DNA from: Eledone cirrhosa
Lineage: Eukaryota
DNA: 64,000 nt
Reading direction: 5' to 3'
NCBI GenBank assembly: GCA_964016885.1
Contig: OZ024759.1
Location: forward strand, 21,886,001-21,950,000
Shown: positions 41,390 to 54,826 of the stretch, one piece after another
Layout of the letters: every line of letters begins with the position of its first letter
Numbering within the stretch: the stretch's first letter is position 1
Made by a program: the position numbers and the translations under genes
Notes under the pieces: model-generated
Told to the model about the DNA's origin: nothing
Database searches by the model: none
Seen by the model: only the letters and a program-made list of their open reading frames with translations

Positions 41390-42533
41390 ATGACGATGAT
41401 GATGATGGTGATGATCATCGTCATTATCATGATTATGAGGATGATGATGATGATGACGATGATAATGACGGGGACGTCAACAACGGTGATGATGATAACT
41501 ATAAAGATGGCGATGATGATGAACACAAAGATGATGACAATAATATACTATAGTGATGATGGTGATGGCGATAATGATGATGATGATGATGGTGATGGTG
41601 GTGATAATGATGATGGTGGTGATGGTGGTGATAAGGATGATGGTGATGATGATAATGATGATGGTGGTGATGGTGGTGATAATGATGATGGTGGTGATGG
41701 TGGTGATAATGATGATGGTGATGATGATAATGATGATGGTGGTGATGGTGGTGGTGATAATGATGATGATGGTGATGGTGGTGATAATGATGATGGTGAT
41801 GATGATAATGATGATGATGGTGATGATAATGATGATGGTGGTGATGGTGGTGATGGTGGTGATAATGATGGTGGTGATGATGAAATGATGATGGTGGTGA
41901 TGGTGGTGATAATGATGATGGTGATGATGATAATGATGATGATGGTGGTGATAATGATGATGGTGGTGATGGTGGTGATAATGATGATGATGGTGATGAT
42001 GATAATAATAATTGTTTCTACTTTTTGGCACAAGGCCAGCAATTACCCCAGTGCATTACTGGTACTTTATTTTATCGACCCCGTAAGGATGAAAAGCAAA
42101 GTTAACCTCAGCGGGATTTGAACTCAGACCGTAAAGGGACGTAAATGATGGTGGTGGTGATGGTGATGGCGGTGATGATGATGGTGGTGGTGGTGGTGGT
42201 GATGATGATGGTGGTGGTGGTGGTGGTAGTGGCGGCGGCGATGATGACGATGGTGATGATAATGATGATGATAGTGGTGGTGGTGGTGGTGGTGGTGGTG
42301 GTAATGATGATGATGATGGTGATAACGTTGAAGGTGGTGATAATAGTAATGGTGTTAATGAGATTGTGATAATGCTGATAATAATGATGAGGAAGAAATG
42401 GTTATGATGATGATGATGATGATGTTATAGATGATGCTGATAATGTTAATGGTGATAATGAGGATTATAATGATAATGAGGATAATGATAATGGCGGTGT
42501 AAAGATGATGATGATGATACTGATGATAATGGA

Positions 42534-42570
<37 letters not shown>

Positions 42571-42735
42571 TTAAAGATGATGATGATAGTGATAATGATG
42601 GTAATGATAATGAGAATAATAATGATGACGATGATGGCATTGATAATGGTGCTGATGATAATAATAATGATGATGATGATGATGATGATGATTATTATTA
42701 TTATAATGACAGTGATGGTGATGATGATGATGATG

Positions 42736-42766
<31 letters not shown>

Positions 42767-42853
42767 CGATGACAGTTATGATGATGATAACAATGATAAT
42801 GATAATTGTGGTTAAGATGATGATAATGGTGATGATGATGATGGTGGTTAAGA

Positions 42854-42884
<31 letters not shown>

Positions 42885-42910
42885 TAAGATGATGATGATG
42901 ATGATGATGG
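41390..42910. repeat. Compound GAT/GGT/AAT microsatellite with a SINE inserted at about 42011-42145
   Basis: Direct inspection. Confidence 0.95.
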
Positions 42911-43088
42911 TTAATATCTACTGTAATGTATTTTAGTGATATATAAAGAATTATTCGTTTGTCTTTACAAAGATTCTATTCAGTTCCATGACAATAGACT
43001 TTTTCTATACTCTAAACCTCTTGTAAAGCTATTATATATATACGTATGTATGTATGTATGTTTGTATGCATGTATGTATATATCTATG

Positions 43089-43127
<39 letters not shown>

Positions 43128-43248
43128 ATACACATATATATATATATATGTATATATATGTGTATATATATATATATGTATATACATATATATATATGTG
43201 TATATATATATATTTATATATATATATATATATGTGTATATATATATA

Positions 43249-43457
<209 letters not shown>

Positions 43458-43509
43458 CATATATATGTATATATATATATATACATATATAATACACCTT
43501 ACTATATAT

Positions 43510-43550
<41 letters not shown>

Positions 43551-43567
43551 TATATACATATACATAT

Positions 43568-43663
<96 letters not shown>

Positions 43664-43694
43664 GTATATATATATATATATTTATATACATAGA

Positions 43695-44047
43695 CAATTG
43701 TCCCCACGTTAAAACGAGGATTTCGTTCCTAGAGCACCCGCAAAGAGCGAAAAACCGCGAACATTGGTCTATAAAAATGCCTATGAACGTCAAAATATAA
43801 CGTAAAATATAATAAAAGAAGTGTGAGCGCCTTATGCAAAGGGGCGTCCAATAGGGCGGCATATACTGTATATTGTTATTAATAATTTAGCGTTAAAATA
43901 TATATATTGCCACGAAAAAAAGACATTAAAAAATCGCAGAAGATATTTACGATTCCGTGAATATGATGTGATTTCCACTAACAATTATTAGTTAGGTGTT
44001 TAAGGAAAATTCCGCGAATAACCGGGACCGCGAATGCCGGTGGTACA

Positions 44048-44050
<3 letters not shown>
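43695..44050. mobile_element. Degenerate pogo/Tigger-like MITE
   Basis: Right end CCGCGAATAACCGGGACCGCGAATGCCGGTGGTACACTG-TA, repeated CCGCGAA motifs and a weak left TIR; embedded in (TA)n. Confidence 0.5.
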
Positions 44051-44092
<42 letters not shown>

Positions 44093-44128
44093 TATATATA
44101 TATATGAATATATATATATATATATATA

Positions 44129-44179
<51 letters not shown>

Positions 44180-44469
44180 CATAAATATATATTTATATAT
44201 TGCACGAGAAAAAAAATATAATAATAATAATTGTTTCTAATTTTGGCACAAAGCCAGCAATTACCCAGTGTATTACTGGTACTTTATTTTATCGACCCCG
44301 TAAGGATGAAAGGCAAAGTTAACCTCGGCGGGATTTGAACTCAATAACAATAATAATAATAATGATAACAACAATAATAATAACGAGAACAACAACAATA
44401 ATGATATACATATATATATATACACACACGCGCGCACACATAAACATATCTACACACACACGATAGCAA

Positions 44470-44637
44470 TTAACAGCGCTGCGATCGAATGTGGCTTTTT
44501 AGCCCAGCCAATGATTTAAAATGTCTTGCACAGAGTTGGTAACCAAAACATTCACTGGGAATAGCCGCCTGTGGTTGGAGTTCATGTACTTTTGCATGTC
44601 GTTTGAGCCCTCCTGCTGATTTACATTCTCTACCACA
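44470..44637 (-). mobile_element. Third fragment of the same RTE LINE (zinc-finger end)
   Basis: CGRECKSAGGLKRHAKVHELQPQAAIPSECFGYQLCARHFKSLAGLKSHIRSQRC, nearly identical to 26022-26189. Confidence 0.88.
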
Positions 44638-44653
44638 CATATACATACATACA

Positions 44654-44715
<62 letters not shown>

Positions 44716-44973
44716 TAGATAGATACATCTACCAAAATATACGGTAGTGTCCAATCCGTATGAAGAACTCAATGTAATTCAAATATCATGAAAAGAGAAA
44801 ATGCATTCAAAAATTTTCGATGAAAATCACGGGAAAACAGAGTCAAGATAAATTAATAAAAACAATGAATAAAAACAAAGAACAAGTTCCTTATATTAAA
44901 AGTACTCTGTACTTTAGACAGAATTTTTTAATATAAGGAACTTGTTCTTTGTTTTTATTCATTGTTTTTATTA

Positions 44974-45022
<49 letters not shown>

Positions 45023-45258
45023 TTCTGTCTTTGCGTGTAATTGTTTTTCACCGCTCCAAATAATGACGTATTATATTCGTTTTTTCCTGTTCTTTGCCAG
45101 GGAACGTTTCCACGAACCAAAGTATCGTCTTCCTGTTTTCCTCCGGTTGCAACGTTTTTTGAAATATTCACTTCTGCTTCACAGATTGACTTTGTTAGTT
45201 TCAGAAGATCCCGTTAAGGGTGAAAGCAGCGATTCTTTGCTTAAACTGTAATCTGTTA

Positions 45259-45293
<35 letters not shown>

Positions 45294-45296
<3 letters not shown>

Positions 45297-45432
45297 GAAG
45301 GAAATGTGGTAAGGAACCAGATGGACCATAACGCACCAAAGTACTCAATACTTAGGGTAGTAGAGTGGGTAATAGGAACAACTAGGACCCCGACGGCTGA
45401 GCTCAAGCCGTTTCGACGGCTAATTCTGGACT
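45294..45432. repeat. ~140-bp interspersed element flanked by (TA)n (copies at 45611-45717, 56798-56936, 61743-61910, 63381-63588)
   Basis: Near-identical AACGAAGGAAATGTGGTAAGGAACCAGATGGACC...GAGCTCAAGCCGTTTCGACGGCTAATTCTGGACT in all long copies. Confidence 0.9.
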
Positions 45433-45715
45433 ATATACATATATACATATATATATAATGAGAGAGATAGATAGACATATACAGGGTGTCCTCAAAAAAC
45501 GTATACATACTTTCATACTTTTATTACCTGTGCAGGCAATATTTATTGGAATGCTGTTGAAGTATGGATTTTTTGGGGGAGTTGGGGGGGCATCCTGTAC
45601 ATATATATATAGGAAAAGAATCAGGGTCCTGATTCTTTTCTTATTACCCTCTCTACTACCCTAAGTATCGAGTACTCTGGTGCGTTATGGTCCATCTGGT
45701 ATCTTACCACACCTT

Positions 45716-45774
<59 letters not shown>

Positions 45775-45900
45775 CTCCTATCTTCCTATGTATTATTCTA
45801 TATCATCTCCTCTGCAGTCATTATATCTACACAGAGAGAGAGGGGGTGAGAGTTAGATAGAGACAGTGAAAGAGAGAATCAGAGTGAGGTGGGGAGTGAT

Positions 45901-45964
<64 letters not shown>

Positions 45965-47056
45965 AATTATGTCACCATTGTTATTATAAGATATTGCAAT
46001 AGTACTCTGTACTTTAGACAGAAAATGTTGTGTAATGGCTGCAGTGGAAGGTGGTGTGGTGGGTAGGAGGGGGCTTGAGTGGTGGGTGGTGGGTGGTGAT
46101 GGGTTGTGGTGAGTGGTGGGTGGTGGGTACAAGGATGGGGTGCGAATTGTGGGGTGGGGGTAGTAGCCTAAAGATGGGGTGTGAGCTGTAGAGGTGGTGG
46201 GTTGTGATGTGGTGGTTGTCTAAATGACACAACTGGATGGTTAAATGATACAAATGGGGATGGTGTGGGGATACTGATGCTGGAAGTAGTGAGGTGTGGG
46301 TGGGGTTAGTGTGGTAGTGAGGGGGTGTGGTGGCTGTGTGGAGAGGAGATGTTGTGCAGTGGTTGTTTTATAGAGTGGTAGTGATTTTGTGAATGGTGGT
46401 AGTGGTAGTAGGGTGGGTGGTAGTGGTGTAGAATGGTAGTGGTGTGGATGTCAATGGTAGTGATAGTAGTCAGGTGGTGGTAGTAGTGGTAGTAGTGAGG
46501 GGGTGTGGATGGTAGTGTTAGTGGTGGTATTGGTAGCAGTGGTAGTGATAGTAGTGGTAGTGACAGTAGTGGTAGTGACAGTAGTGGTAGTGGTAGTGGT
46601 GGTAGTGGTCGCAGTGATAGTGGTAGTAGTGAGGTGGTGCAGATGGTAGTGGTAGTGGTAGGGGTGATAGTAATGGTAGTAGTGGTAGTAGTGGTAGTGG
46701 TAGTAGTGAGGTGGTGCAGATGGTAGTGGTGGTGGTAGTAGTGAGGTGGTGCAGATGGTAGTGGTAGTGGTGATAGTAATGGTAGTAGTGGTAGTAGTGG
46801 TAGTGGTAGTGTTGGTAGTAGTGGTAATGGTGTTAAATGACAACAACTTCCAAAAATTTCGTTTTTCAAATTCTACAGATATTCCAGAATCTTCCACATT
46901 CTTTCTTTTGACAATTTCAATTTAGTCGAGAATTTAGACAAAACAACACAAAACAAAAGAAATACCCCAAAGAATCGTTGGTATTAATGAGTTCCAGCTG
47001 TATTTATAATCCTAGTCTTCTGTATTTCGTCCTCCTCTTCCTGCTGTTTTCACCAA

Positions 47057-47088
<32 letters not shown>

Positions 47089-47479
47089 AAGGTGTATGGC
47101 TTAGTGGGTACGTTACTTGGCTCACAATCGTAAGGCTGTCAGTTCGATTCCCAGTGGTGTGTTGTGTTCTTGAGAAAAACACTTTATTTTATGTCGTTCC
47201 TGTCCACTCAACTGGCTAAAATGTACTGTACCTGTAATTCAAAGGGGTAGCCTTGTTCATACACAGTCTGTGTCATAGTGATTCTTCCTGAGAACTTGGT
47301 TAAAGGTACACGTGTCTGTGGAATGCTCAGCTACTTACGCTATAATACAATATGGACTCAACCTGCATTTCAAAGAACCAGCCTTGCAACACACATTGTC
47401 ACAAGGAATCTCCCTGATAATTACATTAAAGGTACACGAGTCTGTGTCTGTGGAATGATTCGGTCTTGAACAGGCTAAT

Positions 47480-48165
47480 GCACTAGCCTCACCAACACCA
47501 TCCTGCATGTTTTCACACGGCCTCCCAACCGGTTTACCACCGTAACCCCCGCCCCCCCTCCCCCAGCTTTTAACCCAGCTGGTCAGCGACATTCTGTGCA
47601 TCGATGTTTCCCAGAGGCTAGGCTTCCGGATCTGCGAGCAATACAAATGCCACCCTGGTTCCATTGTGGATTCTTTGAGCCTTCACTCATTATCATGCTG
47701 CTACAGTCGTGCTCGCCTCCATCTCACGCCATGCCACACTCAACGAGAACATAAGACATGATTTGGATGCTACAAGCTTCCCATTTCCCAACTCGAGCTG
47801 GCGGGACTGTAGAGAAGGGACGGTAGAAGGTCAGACGGCATCACCATCTTCCCGTTCCGCGGAGGGTGCTAAGCTCAAAATGATGTGATATCTCCTCTAT
47901 CGACAATCCGGTGCATTTGATCCGATGCATTTGATGACACACCCACTCCTAGTATCGGTGAAAATTCCTAGGAATTCATTCACAGATAAGCTGGAGATAG
48001 CAAGCAGTCCTAGTATCGACTGCTTTCCGATAGGTTTGTCATTGCAGCAGTAAGTAGCGGTGGAGACTTCTGGCATTCTTGGTCCCCGGATCACGTCATC
48101 CTTACAAACTATTGGGATGAGAGTTGGCTACCAGCATGAAGTAATAGGCGAACGGAGAAGAGAAG
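47480..48165 (+). mobile_element. Degenerate CRE-clade non-LTR retrotransposon 3' region (zinc knuckle plus restriction-like endonuclease)
   Basis: Across frameshifts: RLGFRICEQYKCH.GSIVD..SLHSLSC; RHATLNENIRH.L; QLELAGL*RRDGRRSDGITIFPFRGG; VAVETSGILGP. Confidence 0.75.
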
Positions 48166-48257
48166 GGACGGGAGGAGTTCGTGATGCTTTTTGACCTAAT
48201 TACCACTCACATTCTTCACTAGCTCTTTATTATTATTACTATTATTACTATTACACA

Positions 48258-48662
48258 GGGCGGTGGATTGTCAGTATCGGTAGAGGGTCGGACGCCATGC
48301 TTTGACGTATAGAGTTACGGTCCTTGCCATTCTGAGTTCAAATCCCGCCGAGGTTGACTTTGCCTTTCATCCTTACAGGGTCGATAAAATAAAGTACCAG
48401 TAATGCACTGGGTAATTGCTGGCCTTGTGCCAAACGTAGAAACAATTATTATTATTACTATTATTATTATCATTCTTGTGAATTGGCAGTATCGGTAGAG
48501 GGTCGGACGCCATGCTTTGACGCATAGAGTTACGGTCCTTGCCATTCTGAGTTCAAATCCCGCCGAGGTTAACTTTGCCTTTCATCCTTACGGGGTCGAT
48601 AAAATAAAGTACCAGTAATGTACTGGGTAATTGCTGGCCTTGTGCCAATAGTAGAAACAATT
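48258..48662 (+). mobile_element. Two tandem copies of the same young SINE
   Basis: Near-identical ~185-bp units ending CCTTGTGCCAA..GTAGAAAC(ATT)n. Other subfamily copies lie at about 42011-42145(-), 44231-44343(-) and 51168-51353(-). Confidence 0.9.
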
Positions 48663-49319
48663 ATTATCATTCTTATACGTCTGAAATTATTCTGGTGGTG
48701 GGGGTAGGGGAACCTTCCTCCAGTCTACCACTATTTTCTCACATACTGTACTACTACTACTGGCTTTCTTCTACAGACATCTCCTCGCCTCCAACTTACC
48801 AAACTTTCCCCCACCACCTCAGCACCACCACAACAACAACACTAACACCAACACCACCACTAACACCACTACCATCAACACCACCACTAACAAACACCAC
48901 CACCACCAACACCAACACCAACACCTTCATCGCCACCACTTCCACCATCACCACCAACACAGTCACCACTACCACCATCATCACCACCACTAACACCTCC
49001 TTCACCACCACCAACAACAACACTATCACACACACTAGACCATTTTTCTTATTCTTTTTACGCCTGGAAGTATTCCGGGCCTGGATGGGGAGAGGACCCC
49101 AACCCCCAACCCCCAACCCCCACCCAGCTCTCAATACAATTCCACCTAAAAAAAAAAATGGTTAATAAAAACAACTACCAACGATGTAGGTCAGGCAGAC
49201 GTCTTGGGGGAAGGGCTTGGAGGGGGGGGGGGCTTTGGGGTCTTTTGTTTTGTTTTAAGAGATGTTGGTTTTTTTTGTTACTGATGAAGTCTATCATCTA
49301 GACACACAGACATGCAGAG

Positions 49320-50630
49320 ACACCACCACCACCACCACCACTACTACTACTACCAACACCATTAACTACTACTACCAACACCACTACCACCAATACCACC
49401 ACCACCATCATCATCACCACCACCACTGACAATACCACCAACATCACCGCCACTACAAGCACCACTACCACTACCACTGACACCACCACCACCATCACCA
49501 CCACATCCATTGACACCACCACCACCATCACCACCACCACTGACAGTACCACCAACTTCACCGCCACTACAAGCACCACTACCACTACCACTGACACCAC
49601 CACCACTACTACTACCAACACCACTACCACCAATACCACCACCACCACCACTACTGCTACCAACACCATTACCACCAATGCCACCACCACCACTACTACT
49701 ACCAACACCACTACCACCAATACCACCACTGCCACCACCACCACTACTACTACCAACACCACTACCACCAATACCACCACCACCACCACTACTACTACCA
49801 ACACCATTACCACCAATGCCACCACCACCACTACTACTACCAACACCACTACCACCAATACCACCACCACCACCACTACTACTACCAACACCATTACCAC
49901 CAATGCCACCACCACCACTACTACTACGAACACCACTACCACCAATACCACCACCACCACCACTACTACTACGAACACCACTACCACCAATACCACCACC
50001 ACTACTACTACGAACACCACTACCATCAATACCACCACCACTACTACTACCAAAACCACTACCACCAATACTACTACTACCAACACCACTACCACCAATA
50101 CCACCACCACTACTACTACGAACACCACTACCACCAATACCACCACCACTACGAACACCACTACCACCAATACCACCACCACTACTACTACCAACACCAC
50201 TACCACCAATACCACCACCACTACTACTACCAACACCACTACCACCACTACCACCAATACCACCACCACTACTACTACGAACACCACTACCACCAATACC
50301 ACCACCACTACTACTACGAACACCACTACCATCAATACCACCACCACTACTACTACCAAAACCACTACCACCAATACTACTACTACGAACACCACTACCA
50401 CCAATACCACCACCACTACTACTACTACGAACACCACTACCACCAATACCACGACCACTACTACTACGAACACCACTACCACCAATACCACCACCACTAC
50501 TACTACCAACACCACTACCACCAATACCACCACCACTACTACTACCAACACCACTACCACCACTACCACCAATACCACCACCACTACTACTACCAACACC
50601 ACTACCACCAATACCACCACCACCTCCACT
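49320..50630. repeat. Compound ACC/ACT trinucleotide-derived minisatellite (units of about 33-42 bp)
   Basis: CCACTACTACTAC(C/G)AACACCACTACCACCAATACCACCA repeated. Confidence 0.9.
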
Positions 50631-50949
50631 GACATACAATCTACCATTCTTTACTTTACAACAATTTCTTGGAGTTTCTTATCTTTGCTGTTTCCTTTTT
50701 ATTTCTTCTTTATTTTTTCTTCCTTTTTTTAATTTATCTTACCACTTCAAAGCACCTGTGGCCATGCTGGAGTACCACATCCTTTTACTGCATCTTACCA
50801 CTTCATAGCACCTGTGGCCATGCTGGAGTACCACATCCTTTTACTGCATATATATACATATATATATTAAATGTGCATAGTGTTTGCAAAAAAAAAAAAT
50901 TGAAGGAATAAAACCGGTCCGGCCTCCTATAATATATATGTATGTATAT

Positions 50950-51030
<81 letters not shown>

Positions 51031-51469
51031 TCATCGATCTGTCCAGTTCGTTTGTCTACCAGCATGTCAGGAAAAAATTATACATTTTCTATATATTTTG
51101 TCGTCTGTGGAGAACTTGTTTTGCTTTATGTTATACATAAAACTTTGCATCTTCGAAATATAAATAATTGTTTCTACTTTTGGCACAAGGCCAGCAATTT
51201 AACCCAGTGCATTACTGGTACTTTATTTTATCTACCCCGTAAGGATGAAAGGCAAAGTGAACCTCGGCGGGATTTGAACTCAGACCGTAGAGAGAGGGAC
51301 GTAACTATGCTGGAAAGCATGGCGTCCGACTCTCTACCGATACTGCCAATCCACATATATAATGAAATAAATAGAGATGATATAATGAGTATATTTTTCG
51401 TTTATTACTAATATTATATATATACATATATATATATTTATATGTCAGCTTAGCAGCGGCAACAGGAAA

Positions 51470-51830
51470 GTTGGTAGACCATGGCTACGATATAAGGAAC
51501 AGTTGAAATCAAATCTCACTGATCTTGCAATCCCTTTCCGTGATTGCGAACAAATTGCTGCTCACAGAAAGGACTGGAGAGAAAGGTGCCAAAGTGCGAG
51601 CAAGAGCTTTGAATCCAGTCGCATAGAGAAATTGCGTGTTGACCGAACAGAGACGAAGCAACGGGCCTTGTTCCCTGCAAGACTCTCCATAAACTCTTGC
51701 TCTTGCGACCTATGTGGCTTGGTCTGTTGGTCATTGGTGGTGATTGAAATGCCACATGAGACACCGCTATCCAGAGAGCTGAACTTTTGTTGGACACTCA
51801 TACGTCGGATATCGACGGGAGAGTTTCTAT
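51470..51830 (+). mobile_element. Degenerate RTE LINE 3' end (different subfamily)
   Basis: RPWLRYKEQLKSNL...AAHRKDWRERCQSASKSFESSR...CDLCGLVC followed by a frameshifted H..H. Confidence 0.72.
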
Positions 51831-52092
51831 GGGTTGTAAAATAAAAATTGAAAAAGGTTAGATGCACATCTTGACCAGGATTGAGCCCAAGGTCAGGATC
51901 TCCACCGTCTCTCGTACCTACCGCTAAGCCACAGAGACAACTATGAAAATCTTATGAAAAGTCATACTTATAAACCTACTATCAAAATTCTCAGATCAAG
52001 TGTCGTGGTGCCGTTCATGTCTTTCTTAATGTTATTGCTCCTACTTAAGGTCGACTTTCAATAATGACCTTTGGTCTTTCACACTCACTCAA

Positions 52093-52216
<124 letters not shown>

Positions 52217-52709
52217 CAGCACCTTCACCACTAATTGATTTGACAGATGTCTTTAACCCATTGATACCAAATATTATTTAGTCAGTAGTTCGTGTGTAAG
52301 TATATAAATATATGTTTGTATTTATATATATATATATTCATTTAGGTTTGTTGGTTCACCACTGGATAGAACTAGTCATTCCGTATAGTGAACCTTGATG
52401 TAATATTAGGGAGAGCAGCCGACGTAATGCAACTCACCCGTCTTCGTTTGTGTTGTTGGTGGTGCGAGTAAAGAGTTAATTATTATGAAATAACAGGAGG
52501 CTGGACTGGTGTAATTCCTTAAAGGTTTATTATACTATGAACATTTCAACGACCGGGTTCAGTATGAATCGTGTGACATCATCAGGTATTCGAAATTTAA
52601 CAAAGGAATATAATAGACACATCCATGGGGCTGAAAAGGCAGAGAGACAAGAAGGCGGCCAAACATTTAGCAGTTTCTAGTCCGGTTGATTGATTGATTG
52701 CGTGATTCT

Positions 52710-52868
52710 ACATTTTCTGTCTACCAATTTTTTCAATGAGAAATCATTGATCAATTCAAGACTATATTAAAAAGACACTTGGCTAAGGTGCACCCAACAC
52801 AGTGGGACTGCACCCGAACCTACGTGGCTATGAAGCAGACTCCTTCAAACAACACAGCTATGCCTGCT
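52710..52868 (-). mobile_element. Degenerate CORE-type SINE of another family (pieces also at about 39260-39365 and 57290-57395)
   Basis: AAGACACTTGGCTAAGGTGC...CAGTGGGACTGCACCCGAACC...ACACAGCTATGCCTGC, i.e. reverse CORE plus tRNA head. Confidence 0.65.
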
Positions 52869-53444
52869 CCTTTGTTATTTTTCTATTTCTTCTGACCTAC
52901 ATCTCTACTGTTCAGGAATTTCCTTAGAATTTCGCCAGCCTCTGATTCTTTATTGTAAAATATAACTATGTTGTTATAATATAACTCTTTTATGATATAC
53001 TAGGATTTTTTTCAACACGCTGGCGCGTATGTGTATACGTGTGTGCGTGTGTGTATATACATATGCATACACTTATATGTATGAGTATATAAATATAAAT
53101 GCGCAAACACAGAGACACACACACAAAAATACATACTCACAAACATTCACACAAATACACATACGTTCACACAAACACACATATACATTCACACAAACAC
53201 ACACATTGTGTGACGGACGTATGGAACTCGCTCAAATTTATATATAGATAACTCTGTTAGTATATAACACTGTTATAATATATCACAATCACTGACGAAT
53301 CATAATGGATTTTACGTCTAGAAAGTTCCTCTCTGATGCACAAACCCGAACAAGTGTTTTTGTAAAAACCAGCAGTCCCCCATGCATACCAGTCTCCTCT
53401 CTCCATGCCTCTGATATTGTCCATAACTAAGTTATATCATTAAC

Positions 53445-54193
53445 TGGCCTCTCGGTTATAACGTATAACTACGTTATAAACCAGCTTCTCTCTCTGTTAT
53501 AACTGTATCAGGTTATAAACCAACCTCATTCTGTTATAACGTATAACTACGTTATGTTATAAACCAGCACCAATCTGTTATAATTACACTACGTTATAAA
53601 CCAACCTGCCTCTGTTATAACGTATTATAAACCAGCCTGTCACTGTTATAACGTATAACTGCGTCATAAACCAGCCTGTCTTTGTTATAACGTATAATTG
53701 CGTTATATCCCAGCCTGCCTCTGTTATAACGTATAACTATGTTATGTTATAAACCAGCTTCTTTCTGCTATAAACCAGCCAGTCTTTGTTATAACGTAAA
53801 ACTGCGTTATAAACCAACCTGTCTCTGTTATAACGAATAACAGCATTATATCCCAGCATGTCTCTGTTATAACGTATAACTATATTATGTTATAATCCAG
53901 CCTCTTTCTACTATAAACCAGCCTGTCTCTGTTATAACATATAACTGCGTTATATCCAACCCTGTCTCTGTTATAACGTATAACTGCCTAATAAACCAGC
54001 CTGTCTCTGTTATAACGAATAACAGCATTATATCCCAGCCTGCCTCTGTTATAACGTATAACTTTATTATGTTATAATCCAGCCTCTTTCTGCTATAAAC
54101 CAGCCTGCCTCTGGTATAACGTATAATTGTGTTATATCCCAGCCTGTCTCTGTTATAACGTATAATAATAAACCAGCCTGCCTCTGGTATAAC
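53445..54193. repeat. Irregular ~39-bp minisatellite with palindromic GTTATAAC core
   Basis: Unit CTGTTATAACGTATAACTGCGTTATAAACCAGCCTGTCT. Confidence 0.88.
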
Positions 54194-54699
54194 ACCTGTA
54201 AAACAAAATGTGATGCTAAGCTCTGGTTTATTGTTTCAGATGGTTTTCCCCCACCCCCGATTCTTTATGCACATTTCTTTCTCAGCAAATTCTCTGCATG
54301 TCATTCTTCTCCCTTCCCACCATAAAATATTTACATGTGTGCATGTGCGTACGTGTATGCGTACGTGTGTATGCGTACGTGTGTATGCGTACGTGTGTAT
54401 GCGTACGTATGTGCGCACACACAAACAATTTTGTTCTTTTCGTCATTTTACTCATTGGATTGCGACCATGCTGGAGTCCTTCAAGGGGTTTAGTCAATTA
54501 TATTGACCAGAATACATTTTTTTTTTTTAAGTCAAGTATGTATTTATCGATCTCGTTTTGCCTAACTGCTAAGTTACGGGACATAGACAAACAGCAAACA
54601 TAGATAAAGATACTGACATATATACGCACATACATATACACACTTACTCAGATGCTCCAGGACTAAAACAAAACTATAACCCGTCTATTGCTCTCATAC

Positions 54700-54826
<127 letters not shown>

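Noticed and set aside
41390-42936. Asp/Gly-rich and poly-Met/His ORFs
   Set aside because: GAT/GGT microsatellite; the ORF runs straight into a SINE.
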